Counted from the first letter of the stretch, positions 18,962 through 29,420 are shown. The stretch is DNA of 64,000 nucleotides from Gammaproteobacteria bacterium (GCA_030652335.1 JAUSAW010000002.1:101491-165490), one strand, 5' to 3'. The notes: generated by a model not told the origin, from the letters alone. Numbers and translations are program-made.

Positions 18962-19749
18962 GGTTTAGCAATAAGCACACTAAGTATTGCCTGTTCGAAA
19001 AAGGTACCTTCAGGATTAATTTTTAACAGCGCTTGATCGATATCATGCTCAAAGTCAGCAAGCTTACTGCCTAGCTTTTCTTGTGAAGAACTAGCCGTAG
19101 AATAGAGAAAGCCTTTTATCTTTTCTATAGTCCACGTACGATTGTCTATAATTTCAGTTTCACTTATTTCGCTAAAATCATGCTGCGAAAGCAAAGTGGT
19201 GTACTCTTGTTTATCTTTACCGATATAATCTGACTTAGCTTTAAGGCGTTGATCCCCAAGGTAGCGATTGACCACTTGAATAGCAGCCATTTTCCAGGTT
19301 TCCTGACCTTCCCAAAAACTCATTTTCTCGCCGATAACAGCCAAGGCGCCCTTAGGCTGCAAGTGGGCTTGCACCCAGGGCAATACCACCTTGCCATCCA
19401 TCCAATGTAAAGCTCGGCCTATGGTAATAAGATTAAACAGACCGATAGAATCTGGAATTTGTTCGGCAAAAGAATGCAACCATGCAACATTGTTGCTACC
19501 CTGCTTTTTAGCCATGAGCTGGGCTTGCTCGAGCATTTCGGCTTCGGGATCTACTGCTATCACTTCTTTATAATAAGGGCTGAGCAGTAAGGCTAATTGG
19601 CCTGTACCACAGCCTATATCGAGTAGCCTGCCCTGCATATCTAGCAATTTATCTTGATTTAAGATCTTCACTAAATCAAGCGGATAAGCTGGCCTAAAAT
19701 TGGCATAAAATTTGGCAGTGCTTTTATAGAGATGACTCATATACCCCAT
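18958..19749 (-). CDS. Class I SAM-dependent methyltransferase
   Basis: RPAYP, LLDIGCGTG, ALHWMD. Confidence 0.9.
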   Translation of the reverse strand: MGYMSHLYKSTAKFYANFRPAYPLDLVKILNQDKLLDMQGRLLDIGCGTGQLALLLSPYYKEVIAVDPEAEMLEQAQLMAKKQGSNNVAWLHSFAEQIPDSIGLFNLITIGRALHWMDGKVVLPWVQAHLQPKGALAVIGEKMSFWEGQETWKMAAIQVVNRYLGDQRLKAKSDYIGKDKQEYTTLLSQHDFSEISETEIIDNRTWTIEKIKGFLYSTASSSQEKLGSKLADFEHDIDQALLKINPEGTFFEQAILSVLIAKP

Positions 19750-19762
19750 ACCTTAAAACTGA

Positions 19763-19785
19763 ATTCCCGTTTTCACGGGAATGAC
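19763..19785. repeat. Single dRS3/REP-like palindrome ATTCCC-N8-GGGAAT-GAC
   Basis: ATTCCCGTTTTCACGGGAATGAC in the intergenic gap. Confidence 0.6.
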
Positions 19786-19794
19786 ATACAAGGA

Positions 19795-20283
19795 CTAGTC
19801 TCTAAAATTATTAAACTCAATTGGCAGGCTTAAGTTTTGTTTGCGCAATAAGGCTATAGCGTCTTGAAGGAAATCCTTTTTATCGCCAACCACTCGAATC
19901 TTGCTGTCTTGAATACTGGCTTTAACCTTTAACTTTGAATCTTTGATAATCTGGACGATCTGTTTGCCAAGCACCATATCGATGCCTTCCTGCAAAGTGA
20001 TGGTTTGCTTAACCAACTTACCGCTTGCTACCGGGTCATCGATTTTTAAATGCTTGGAGCTAATATTGCGCTTGGTTAATTTAGCATTTAATACATCGCG
20101 CATCTGGTCGATTTGAAAGTCAGAGCTGGCTTCTAAGGTTAAGGTTTTATCTTTTTCTTTAAGCTCAAATTTAGCATTAGAGCCTTTAAAGTCAAACCGT
20201 GTGCCTACTTCGCGATTCGCTTGATCCACGGCATTAACAATTTCATGCATAGCTAGTTCTGATACAACATCAAATGATGGCAT
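19795..20283 (-). CDS. yajQ: YajQ family nucleotide/c-di-GMP-binding protein
   Basis: MPSFDVVSE start at 20283 with AGGA SD; RFDFKG; FNNFRD end. Confidence 0.93.
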   Translation of the reverse strand: MPSFDVVSELAMHEIVNAVDQANREVGTRFDFKGSNAKFELKEKDKTLTLEASSDFQIDQMRDVLNAKLTKRNISSKHLKIDDPVASGKLVKQTITLQEGIDMVLGKQIVQIIKDSKLKVKASIQDSKIRVVGDKKDFLQDAIALLRKQNLSLPIEFNNFRD

Positions 20284-20296
20284 GATCGACTTCCTA

Positions 20297-21499
20297 TTAT
20301 CTGCGTTTATGAAATACTCTTTCTCTTCTTGGATCAACATCGGGTTTAGATGCGATAATTGGGCCAAGATCTTTATAACCGGCATTATGCACGACCGGAA
20401 TATCCATTTTAATCAATTTTTGAATATCGCGCAGCAAGCCTTTTTCTTCTTGGCTTACTAATGAACACGCCTCTCCATTGCGCCCCGCTCTACCGGTTCG
20501 GCCGATTCTATGTACATAATCTTCGGGCACATTGGGTAGATCAAAGTTAACAACATGGGGTAATTCTGCAATATCCAGTCCGCGCGCGGCAATATCGGTT
20601 GCCACTAGCACCGTAATGAGGTTTTGTTTAAAGCTAGCCAGCGCTTTGGTTCGAGCCGGTTGGCTTTTGTTACCGTGAATAGCCAAGGCTTTAATGCCTT
20701 CTGCTTCTAACTTCTCAACGATTTTATTAGCGCCATGCTTGGTACGTGAAAAGACCAGGACTTGAGTCCAGGCCTGATCTTTAATTAGCTTACCCAATAG
20801 CTTTGTTTTATGAGATTTATCGACGGTGTAAATCACCTGTTTGATTTTTTCAACCGTGGTGTTGCGTGGGCTAATATCGATTTCGAGCGGGTTATTGATT
20901 ATGCCCTTAGATAAGGCACGAATTTCTGGCGAGAACGTCGCTGAAAATAAGAGGTTTTGACGCTTAGGTGGAAGCAATTTCATGATTTTTTTAATATCGT
21001 GAATAAAGCCCATGTCTAGCATACGATCGGCTTCGTCTAAAACCAATATTTCAACTTGGTTAAGCTTAATGGCATTTTGATTAACGAGATCAAGCAAACG
21101 GCCAGGAGTCGCGACCAAGACATCTACCCCTGAGCGTACTCGCATCATTTGTGGATTAATTTTAACGCCACCAAATACCACTTCATAACGTAACTTGAGG
21201 TGTTTGCCATAAAAATAGGCACTTTCACACACTTGAGCTGCGAGCTCTCGAGTTGGCGTTATAACGAGCGCCCTAACGGAATTGGCTCGAACCGGCCCGC
21301 CTTCACTGGCTAATTTTTGGAGGATAGGGATTAAAAAAGCGCCTGTTTTACCGGTACCGGTTTGAGCGGCAGCCATAACATCTCGGCCAGAAAAAACAGC
21401 AGGAATAGCCTGCCCCTGTACAGGAGAGGGCTCAGTGTAGCCCTTTTCATTTAAGGCACGGAGGATCGGTTCTATTATACCAAGCGTTGCAAAAGTCAT
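20297..21499 (-). CDS. rhlE: DEAD-box RNA helicase, RhlE-like
   Basis: [29 protein letters not shown]; [10 protein letters not shown]. Confidence 0.9.
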   Translation of the reverse strand: MTFATLGIIEPILRALNEKGYTEPSPVQGQAIPAVFSGRDVMAAAQTGTGKTGAFLIPILQKLASEGGPVRANSVRALVITPTRELAAQVCESAYFYGKHLKLRYEVVFGGVKINPQMMRVRSGVDVLVATPGRLLDLVNQNAIKLNQVEILVLDEADRMLDMGFIHDIKKIMKLLPPKRQNLLFSATFSPEIRALSKGIINNPLEIDISPRNTTVEKIKQVIYTVDKSHKTKLLGKLIKDQAWTQVLVFSRTKHGANKIVEKLEAEGIKALAIHGNKSQPARTKALASFKQNLITVLVATDIAARGLDIAELPHVVNFDLPNVPEDYVHRIGRTGRAGRNGEACSLVSQEEKGLLRDIQKLIKMDIPVVHNAGYKDLGPIIASKPDVDPRRERVFHKRR

Positions 21500-21650
21500 A
21501 TTGTCTCACATTATAAATAAGGTTAGCGTAAATGCTGGCCGGAATTATACCACAGGTCGCAATAGAATGTCTTAACCGTTGTGCTCGATTGATATCTATA
21601 ATCTTTAAATTTACACTAGACTATGACACATGACTAAAAAGGAGAAGCCA

Positions 21651-21731
21651 ATGAGATATCTTTTAGCTTGGATTTTAGGCGTACCTATTTCGATATTATT
21701 ATTAGTTTGGCTATTCTTTCATTTCTTTTAA
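21651..21731 (+). CDS. 26-aa single-pass membrane protein MRYLLAWILGVPISILLLVWLFFHFF (not in the ORF track)
   Basis: AAGGAG SD 6 nt before ATG; hydrophobic peptide; own terminator. Confidence 0.75.
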   Translation: MRYLLAWILGVPISILLLVWLFFHFF

Positions 21732-21734
21732 ATA

Positions 21735-21761
21735 GCTGGCCCACTATTTGGGCTGGCTTTT
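21735..21761 (+). terminator. Intrinsic terminator after the small ORF
   Basis: GCTGGCCCA/TGGGCTGGC stem (two G-U pairs on + strand) followed by TTTT. Confidence 0.65.
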
Positions 21762-21768
21762 ATTGCAC

Positions 21769-23007
21769 TTATATATTTTTATTTTGCCAATGCCCTTTGA
21801 TCAGGCAAGTTAACATAAAATACAGCATGCCGGCTGCTGCACAGTAAATCGCAAAATTAGTGTTGTTATGCGCTTTATAAACGGCACTAACCCATTCAAT
21901 GCCAAGCGCCATAACTATTGTCGATAAAATACTCATAAAGGCCGAGGCAGCGCCTTTAGAAACTTTGGTGCTAAAGAGCACTAATCGACTAATAGGCCCT
22001 CCGATAATCCCCACTCCCACGCCGTACAATGAAAGCCCTGATACTAATGTGATATAGCCTGGATTATATAAAGAGACTATAGCCATTAACATCAATGCTA
22101 CCAGTAAAATTAGCGAACCCCAGCTTACTATCTGCTTAAGTGAATAGCGATGTGTCCACGCCCGCATAATAAAATTACCCGATATCACCGAGATAAAAAT
22201 TGGAATTTGGCATAAACCATATTCTAAAATACTTAAGTGAGCATAATTAACTAATATAACAGGTGATTCAGCGATCCAAGCCAGAAGTGGCAACCAAGCA
22301 AATCCCATTGCAACAGCCCCTATCATAAAGCTCTTATTCGTAAGCAGTGCTCTATAATTATGCCAGATAATCTTGGGGTGCAACGATACTCTAGGAATAA
22401 CTGAACCATCACTCAGAGTGGCTCCAATCGTTTCAGGCATAGTTTTCCATAAGCCAATCAAAGCTGTAAAGGCTAATACCCCTATCAAGATAAATATCAT
22501 GCGCCAATTACAATACAGAATGACTATCGCGCCTAACAGCGGCCCTAACAGGGGTGCAATTAATGACACATTGGCCATTAACGAAATAAGGCGTACCGCC
22601 TCCATTTCCTCGAATATTTCCTGTATGGCGGCATAGCCTATTACAAAAGTAAAACACAATCCCATGCCTTGAAAATAGCGCGCTACAATAAACGCTTCAA
22701 TTGACGTGGAGCAGACTAATAAAAGGGTAAATAGTAGAAACAATACCACCCCAATCAACATGACCGGGCGTCGGCCAAATCGGTCCGATAAGGGGCCTAT
22801 AAAGAGCTGTAGGCTCGCTCCGCCCAATAAATACGCGGTTAATGAACTAGCGACTGACGAGACCGGGGCATTAAATTCCTTAATGACCTGCAACATGCCA
22901 GGCATAATCATATCGTTAGCGATATAAGTAGAAAACTCGTAGAGAACTACAAAGATGGCGAATAATATGGCTATCTTTTTAGGTATGGCGATTAAAGGCT
23001 GGGACAT
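21769..23007 (-). CDS. MdfA-like multidrug MFS transporter
   Basis: VLYEFSTYIANDMIMPGM (MdfA E26/D34 region); GPLSDRFGRRPV. Confidence 0.88.
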   Translation of the reverse strand: MSQPLIAIPKKIAILFAIFVVLYEFSTYIANDMIMPGMLQVIKEFNAPVSSVASSLTAYLLGGASLQLFIGPLSDRFGRRPVMLIGVVLFLLFTLLLVCSTSIEAFIVARYFQGMGLCFTFVIGYAAIQEIFEEMEAVRLISLMANVSLIAPLLGPLLGAIVILYCNWRMIFILIGVLAFTALIGLWKTMPETIGATLSDGSVIPRVSLHPKIIWHNYRALLTNKSFMIGAVAMGFAWLPLLAWIAESPVILVNYAHLSILEYGLCQIPIFISVISGNFIMRAWTHRYSLKQIVSWGSLILLVALMLMAIVSLYNPGYITLVSGLSLYGVGVGIIGGPISRLVLFSTKVSKGAASAFMSILSTIVMALGIEWVSAVYKAHNNTNFAIYCAAAGMLYFMLTCLIKGHWQNKNI

Positions 23008-23411
23008 TACATTCCTAGCGCCTTAATGCTTTTACGCTCTATAAGTTCGATCTGATAGCCATCGGGATCGCGGACAAATGCAATAATGGTGGTGCCGCCT
23101 TTTACAGGCCCAGGCTCTCTGGTTATTATGCCACCTTTAGCCTTTATGGCTTCGCAAGCTGCGGCCACATCTTCCACCCAAAAAGCGAAATGGCCAAAAC
23201 CTTTACCGAGGTCATATTCAGTTACATCCCAGTTATAGGTTAGTTCAATAACGGTATTATCCGCTTCAGGGCCATAGCCAATAAAGGCTAACGTATATTT
23301 ATACGCTTCATTGTCGGTTTTTTTTAGCAATTTCATGCCAAAAGCATCCGTATAAAATTGTATAGAGCGATCAAGATCCCCTACTCGAATCATAACATGA
23401 GCAAAATGCAT
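23007..23411 (-). CDS. gloA: Lactoylglutathione lyase (glyoxalase I)
   Basis: [30 protein letters not shown]. Confidence 0.95.
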   Translation of the reverse strand: MHFAHVMIRVGDLDRSIQFYTDAFGMKLLKKTDNEAYKYTLAFIGYGPEADNTVIELTYNWDVTEYDLGKGFGHFAFWVEDVAAACEAIKAKGGIITREPGPVKGGTTIIAFVRDPDGYQIELIERKSIKALGM

Positions 23412-23517
23412 AGCGTTGCCTTTATTTAGATAATAATCAAGTTTAGCTTCGATAAATCTAAGCGATTTAATTATATCACGTTCTTATTTGAGTTCATCTA
23501 AGACAATTTTTAGACAT

Positions 23518-23545
23518 AAAAAAACCACGACTGGCGTGGTTTTTT
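23518..23545. terminator. Intrinsic terminator downstream of the cold-shock gene
   Basis: A7-CCACG-loop-CGTGG-T6. Confidence 0.8.
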
Positions 23546-23567
23546 AATTAATGTAATGAAACAGATA

Positions 23568-23765
23568 TTAGTCTGTTGTAACTACATCAATAGCATTTAA
23601 ACCTTTAGGGGAGGATTCAGTATTGTAACGTACTTTACTGCCTTCTCTTAATTGGCCGCTTTGGATGCCGTTCTTATGAACAAACACGTCTTTGCTGCCA
23701 TCGTCTGGGGTAATGAAACCAAATGCTTTATCATTGTTGAAAAATTTTACTGTACCGGTAGCCAT
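23568..23765 (-). CDS. Cold-shock protein (CspA family)
   Basis: [24 protein letters not shown]. Confidence 0.95.
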   Translation of the reverse strand: MATGTVKFFNNDKAFGFITPDDGSKDVFVHKNGIQSGQLREGSKVRYNTESSPKGLNAIDVVTTD

Positions 23766-23894
23766 TTATTATCTCACTTGTAATATTATTTTATTTATCA
23801 ACACCCAATGATTTGAGTGCTAACGTGGAGTATTATAACACAACAAAATAGCAAATGCTAAAAATACTTTACTTAATTCAATATAGGCCAAAAT

Positions 23895-25070
23895 GTGAAG
23901 CAATATGATGTAGTAATAATTGGTGCCGGAGCGGCAGGATTGATGTGTGCCCTGACGGCAGGCCAACGTAATCGCCGTGTATTAGTGATCGACCACAGCA
24001 ACAAGGTAGGCAAAAAGATACTATTGTCAGGTGGGGGGCGCTGTAATTTTACCAATCGTTACGCTTCACCAAATGAGTATTTATCGGACAACCCCTACTT
24101 TTGCATCTCAGCGCTTAAGCGCTATACCCAACTTGATTTTGAAAATCTGGTTAAAAAACATAAGGTGCCCTATCATGAAAAAACCTTAGGCCAGTTATTC
24201 TGCGATGACTCGGCTAAAGATATCGTTGAGCTACTGCTTAATGAATTAAAGCAAGCTCAGGTTGAAATAGCTTTGCAAGCCTCGGTTAGCAAGATAACCA
24301 AAACCGAGCAGTTTACCTTAGAAACCAGCATGGGCACTATAAGCTGCGAATCGCTCGTAATTGCCTGCGGCGGCCTATCCTTCCCTACGATGGGCGCCAG
24401 CCCATATGGCTATAAGGTCGCAGAACAGTTTGGTTTGCGCGTATTGCCGGTCCGAGCCGCCCTCGTGCCTTTAACCCTGCATAGCCAGGATTTAGAAAGA
24501 TTTTCTATTTTATCGGGAGTATCACTCGATGTAATCGTATCCTGCGCCGGACAATCCTTTAAAGAGGCTATGTTATTTACACACCGCGGCTTAAGCGGCC
24601 CTGCCATATTACAAATTTCCTCTTATTGGCAGCCAGGACAAGAGCTTGAGATTAATTTATTGCCAGAATTGGACTGCTTGGCTTATTTAAAAGATAAAAG
24701 GCTGGATCGCCCAAAGGCCGAGCTAAAAACTATACTCGCAGAACTTATGCCAGCGAGATTAGCCCAATTATTGTCCGAGCATTATTTTAGCAATAAACCC
24801 TTGAATCAATATAATGAAAAAGAATTAAGCCTAATCGCTGAAACCCTATCATGCTTTCGTATTAAGCCCAATGGCACTGAAGGCTACCGAACCGCTGAGG
24901 TGACACTGGGCGGAGTCGATACCGATGAGATTTCCTCTAAAACCTTTGAAGCTAAAAAAGTGGCTGGCCTCTATTTTATCGGTGAAGTGTTGGATGTCAG
25001 CGGACATCTGGGCGGTTTTAATTTCCAATGGGCTTGGTCCTCAGGATTCTGTAGCGGGCAATTTGTATAA
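23895..25070 (+). CDS. HI0933/BaiN family flavoprotein
   Basis: GAGAAG, GKKILLSGGGRCNFTN, LFTHRGLSGPA, GGFNFQWAWSSG. Confidence 0.93.
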   Translation: MKQYDVVIIGAGAAGLMCALTAGQRNRRVLVIDHSNKVGKKILLSGGGRCNFTNRYASPNEYLSDNPYFCISALKRYTQLDFENLVKKHKVPYHEKTLGQLFCDDSAKDIVELLLNELKQAQVEIALQASVSKITKTEQFTLETSMGTISCESLVIACGGLSFPTMGASPYGYKVAEQFGLRVLPVRAALVPLTLHSQDLERFSILSGVSLDVIVSCAGQSFKEAMLFTHRGLSGPAILQISSYWQPGQELEINLLPELDCLAYLKDKRLDRPKAELKTILAELMPARLAQLLSEHYFSNKPLNQYNEKELSLIAETLSCFRIKPNGTEGYRTAEVTLGGVDTDEISSKTFEAKKVAGLYFIGEVLDVSGHLGGFNFQWAWSSGFCSGQFV

Positions 25071-25088
25071 ATTTATATCGCCTATGCA

Positions 25089-26621
25089 TCATACGAGATT
25101 CTGTTTGTCAGCCATTTCTTGCAAACGTCTGCGGTCAATTTTATTGGAAATCCCTCTAGGCAAATTGTCTAGGGGAATAATTAGACTTGGCCATTTATAG
25201 TCCGGTAGCGTTCGCTGAACAAATTTTTGTATATCTGCCGGGGCGTTTACACTATCGGCCTTACATACCACATAGGCGATTATATTGTTATCGCCATTAG
25301 CGGCTTTAACGCCTAAAACAGCCGCCTCCAAAACATCAGGATGTTGATATAATGCGGCCTCAATTTCAATTGGCGCAATTCGATGACCTCGATGAAGTAT
25401 TAAGGAATTAATTCTACCGCGAAACCACATATAAGCCTCGCTATCGAGTTGACCTAAGTCACCCGTCCTAAGCCAGCCATTAATCAGTGCTTTTTGTGTT
25501 TGTTCGGGTTTATTTAGGTATCCCGTCAAGATAGTTGGACTTTTAATCCATATTTCTCCCATCTCATTTAAGGCTAACTCCTTCTCACCCACCTCATCCA
25601 TAATCTTAATTTCAGCTCCAATAACGGCTGGCCCCTGACTTCCAAGCTTATAGCCTTGCCGAATATTGATGGCATAAAATAATGCCTCACTCATGCCGAT
25701 GCCTTCACTAAGATATAAGCCAAATACCTGCTTAAATTTCTGATGCAGAGCTAAAGGCACGGCCTCTCCTGCCACGATGCAGCTACGAAGCTTATGCGTT
25801 ATTAACTGAGCCTCTGGAATACAATTTAACAAGGCGCTATACATAGCCGGCACCATATATAATAGAGTAATCTGCTTAGATTGAATTCGCTTCAATACCT
25901 TAAGGGGATCAAAAGTTGGCATAAGCTCGAGTGTGGAACCGGAATAGAGTGCAGCCATAAACTGATGACCAAATGTTAAATTAAAGCAGATAGCCAGGGG
26001 CGCCAAACTAACATCTTGCTCGGTAATGTTAAGCAATTGCGCATGATATTCAGCGTTATACAAGAATTGCTTATGCTGATGGATAACCAATTTAGGCTGA
26101 CCCGTGGTGCCTGAGGTTGAAAAATAAGTGGCAGGATCTTCTGCATCGATACTAGGAAATTCACTATCGAGTATCGTGCCACTTTCTAGTAAATCATCCC
26201 ATAGGACATAGGGCTTAGTAATGGACTGTGCTGGCTTATCCAATAAGGCTAATTGCCAACCTTGATAGTCCGGCCTAGCCTCAAGCAACACGCTTAACAA
26301 TTCTGATTGACTGAAAATATAGCTTGGTTTGGCATAATCGATGAGATAGGCGAGATCATCAGCCTGCAAACGAAAGCTCATCGGGCTTACTATTACACCG
26401 ATTCTAAAGCAGGCTAAATAAAGCATGGCAAACTGAGGATTGCTTAACAGGTAAACCCCTAGCACATCGCCTTTTTTCAGCCCTAATACCATTAAGCTTT
26501 TAGCAAGGGAATTCACGTCGGCTCTTAATGTTTGATACGTAATGGCTTGGCCTTGATAAGATAACGCAATATTAGCAGGCCAATTCTCTACGGCCCTATC
26601 CAAAAGATTAGTAATCCCCAT
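25089..26621 (-). CDS. AMP-binding acyl-CoA synthetase family protein
   Basis: TSGTTGQPK, GMSE, WLRTGDLG. Confidence 0.9.
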   Translation of the reverse strand: MGITNLLDRAVENWPANIALSYQGQAITYQTLRADVNSLAKSLMVLGLKKGDVLGVYLLSNPQFAMLYLACFRIGVIVSPMSFRLQADDLAYLIDYAKPSYIFSQSELLSVLLEARPDYQGWQLALLDKPAQSITKPYVLWDDLLESGTILDSEFPSIDAEDPATYFSTSGTTGQPKLVIHQHKQFLYNAEYHAQLLNITEQDVSLAPLAICFNLTFGHQFMAALYSGSTLELMPTFDPLKVLKRIQSKQITLLYMVPAMYSALLNCIPEAQLITHKLRSCIVAGEAVPLALHQKFKQVFGLYLSEGIGMSEALFYAINIRQGYKLGSQGPAVIGAEIKIMDEVGEKELALNEMGEIWIKSPTILTGYLNKPEQTQKALINGWLRTGDLGQLDSEAYMWFRGRINSLILHRGHRIAPIEIEAALYQHPDVLEAAVLGVKAANGDNNIIAYVVCKADSVNAPADIQKFVQRTLPDYKWPSLIIPLDNLPRGISNKIDRRRLQEMADKQNLV

Positions 26622-26655
26622 AATGCCCTCGCTTTTCTAATGCAAAGTATAGCTG

Positions 26656-27405
26656 TCATTTAACCTCGATGCCAAACAGCTTAAGAAAGGCAAAGGCTTG
26701 ATCGGATGAAATAATCAGACCCTTTAGCTTACAGCCAGTGAGGTCGATATTGCTAATATCGGAGCCTTGCAGCTCGGCTTCTTCCAAGCTTGCCTGACTA
26801 AAATTCGCTTCATTTAATACGCATTGACTGAAATCGCTTTCATTGCAGTTAGCAAAAGAGAAATCCGCTTCGGTAAAATCATTTTCACTTAAGTTACATT
26901 GAGCAAGGTATACCTTGGAAAATCGGCTAAAGCGCAATATGGATTGAGTGATTTCGGCTTGGGCGAAAATGACTTTGGGACTAACTCTATTACAAAAATT
27001 AGCTTGTTCAAATTTACCCGCCAAGACTTTGCAGCCTTTAATGGTGATTCCAAATAATTCGGTATGTTTAAAATTAGCCTGGGTTAAATCACAATCCAAA
27101 AACTGGGCAAACTTTAGATTTACATAAGAAAAGTCGGGGCCAGTATCGGTTTCAACGTCGTAAAAGCTACAACTATCAAACAGCGCATAGCTGAAATTAG
27201 CATGGCTAAAACGACAGTTGATAAACTGGCAGCGATAGGCTTTTAGCTCATTAAATTCAGCGGAAGCAAAAACATTATTAATAAAATGGCAATTTTCAAA
27301 CTCTAGGCCCGAAGGGTTCTCTTCAGGCCAGTGTTTATCGATAAACTGAGTATTCTTAATAATGTTATTGTCCTTAGAGTTGTGGCACCACGGGTGGCAG
27401 CTCAC
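26656..27405 (-). CDS. Qnr-like pentapeptide repeat protein; start codon uncertain
   Basis: Pentapeptide repeats with two Qnr-type loop insertions and C-terminal Q..L..GI.V helix. Confidence 0.75.
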   Translation of the reverse strand: MSCHPWCHNSKDNNIIKNTQFIDKHWPEENPSGLEFENCHFINNVFASAEFNELKAYRCQFINCRFSHANFSYALFDSCSFYDVETDTGPDFSYVNLKFAQFLDCDLTQANFKHTELFGITIKGCKVLAGKFEQANFCNRVSPKVIFAQAEITQSILRFSRFSKVYLAQCNLSENDFTEADFSFANCNESDFSQCVLNEANFSQASLEEAELQGSDISNIDLTGCKLKGLIISSDQAFAFLKLFGIEVK

Positions 27406-28840
27406 GCATCAATCGAGCCAGCATTGGGACAAATAATAACACGATTAAGCCGATGATAGCCGCCCCTAATCCAACATACATAAAGACATGGATATATAAC
27501 GGATTGGTTAAGGAAAGCGCCATAGGCTTGTCAGGTAAATTAGGTGCCATGGCAATATAACCTGCTGCTACGCCACCGATACCGATACAAAGCTGCCAAA
27601 AGCCCATCATCAAGCCTTCCAGCCCTGCTGGAGCCAGGCTTCCTACCATGGAAATCCCAAGCGGACCCACCAATAGCTCTCCCGTCGAAAATATAGCATA
27701 TCCGATTACGATAATATAAGCCGGTAAGGGACTAGCATTACCATGAAGTTTGGTGGCCAGAGCAATAAAGGCAAAGCCTAGCCCGATAATAATAAGGGAT
27801 AAGGCAAACTTAATACTAAGCGAAGGATTGCGGCCTTTCATATTTAAATAAAACCATACTCTGCTTAATACCAGCCCTACCAAAATGACAAATACCCCAT
27901 CGAAGGCGAAATAGGAGGCGGCAGGAATATTAATGCCTAAAAAGCGAGTGTCGACATTATTAGCGACAAACACCGACAAGAATGATGGCTCTAATGAATA
28001 GAGGGTCCAGAATGTTATCGAAATAAGCGCCAGTGCAATAAAGGCCAGTAATTTATTACGAGCCATACCTTTTGGCTGCTGATAGGCTTTACGGAACAAG
28101 ACCATAACCATTGCCACAATAAATACCACCATCAATACATTATTAGCGGTAGTATATTTAAACAGCTGGATGCTAATTAAGGTAGAAATAACCGCTATAC
28201 CGATTAAACTTGCTAGAATTTTGTTAGCGCTCCAGGAAACCTGCGGTGCGATTGAGCGACCTTGATAGGGAACAATTTTTTTCTGACATAAAAGAATCAA
28301 TAATAAGGCTGCTAATAAACAGGCGCTATCTAGTGCAAATTCCACTGAGAACCCATATACAGAGGCCAACCAGCCACCCAAGAAAATCCCAACCACTCCG
28401 CCCACATTAAAAAATAAATAGAATAAGGTAAAACCGGCTTCTCGCAATACGCTTTCTTTGGGATAGCAAAAATCAACCATACACCAGATAGCCGGCGTGG
28501 TTAAAGCATTGCCAACTACAAATAAGGCTAGACCAACATAGGTTGCCTGGATGCTATTGATACAAAAACAAAGCATTCCTAAAAAAGCGATGACCAAACC
28601 TAATCGAGCCGCATGGGCATAACCTAATTTACCAGCAAGATATCCGCCCCCCACCGGCAATATCCATAGTAAGGCCATGGCGGCTGAGAATACGCTATAG
28701 GCTATATCGGTATTTAAATGCAATTGTTCGGTTTGATATAAAACCAATGAGGCAATAATTCCCCCAAAAGCCGCCATAAATAATGAATAACACATGGTTA
28801 GCAACCACAATCCTTGGGGATGGCGATAGGTAGAATTCAC
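27374..28840 (-). CDS. POT/PTR family peptide transporter, divergent
   Basis: HPQGL N-terminus, REAGFTLFYLFFNVG, GELLVGPLG; canonical ExxERF motif absent. Confidence 0.85.
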   Translation of the reverse strand: MNSTYRHPQGLWLLTMCYSLFMAAFGGIIASLVLYQTEQLHLNTDIAYSVFSAAMALLWILPVGGGYLAGKLGYAHAARLGLVIAFLGMLCFCINSIQATYVGLALFVVGNALTTPAIWCMVDFCYPKESVLREAGFTLFYLFFNVGGVVGIFLGGWLASVYGFSVEFALDSACLLAALLLILLCQKKIVPYQGRSIAPQVSWSANKILASLIGIAVISTLISIQLFKYTTANNVLMVVFIVAMVMVLFRKAYQQPKGMARNKLLAFIALALISITFWTLYSLEPSFLSVFVANNVDTRFLGINIPAASYFAFDGVFVILVGLVLSRVWFYLNMKGRNPSLSIKFALSLIIIGLGFAFIALATKLHGNASPLPAYIIVIGYAIFSTGELLVGPLGISMVGSLAPAGLEGLMMGFWQLCIGIGGVAAGYIAMAPNLPDKPMALSLTNPLYIHVFMYVGLGAAIIGLIVLLFVPMLARLMRELPPVVPQL

Positions 28841-28972
28841 TCTGCACTCCTTTTTTATTCGATTTTTTAATCCAATTGCTGCAAGCTTATAATAACAGGA
28901 TTGCCTGCAAAACCAAGATCTTGTATGGTAAGTAATATAAAGAGATATAGGACCACGTTACTGGAGGCGACT

Positions 28973-29416
28973 ATGTTTGGATGGTTCTGGATGGCATTGA
29001 GCGCGTCTGCTCTATGGGGGTTAACCTATGTAGCCAGTCAGTATATGTTAAGAACACTGAACCCCTTTCAAGTGCTTTGGTTAAGCTCATTAGTTATCTT
29101 TATTGGACTCGGTATCTTCTTATTGGTAAGCGGGCATAGCAAGTCTTTAATACTGCGACTAGAACAGCCTAAAGTAATACTGACAGTAATCGCTTACTCA
29201 ACACTTTATTTTGCAGCCTCCTTCCTTATTTTAAAGAGCATCACGCTGGGCAATGCCTCCTATGCCGCCTTAGTGGAATCATCTTACCCACTGTTTACGT
29301 TATTCTTTGCTTATATATTGTTAAACGAAACTCAGTTTAATTGGGGAATATTATTAGGCTGTGGCTTTCTCATAACTGGCCTGATCATTATTCAGCTCTA
29401 TTCAGCTAAGGGGTAA
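28973..29416 (+). CDS. EamA/DMT family small transporter (single repeat)
   Basis: GGAGG SD before ATG 28973; A.LWG; VESSYPLFT.FFAY.LL.E. Confidence 0.8.
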   Translation: MFGWFWMALSASALWGLTYVASQYMLRTLNPFQVLWLSSLVIFIGLGIFLLVSGHSKSLILRLEQPKVILTVIAYSTLYFAASFLILKSITLGNASYAALVESSYPLFTLFFAYILLNETQFNWGILLGCGFLITGLIIIQLYSAKG

Positions 29417-29420
29417 ACCT

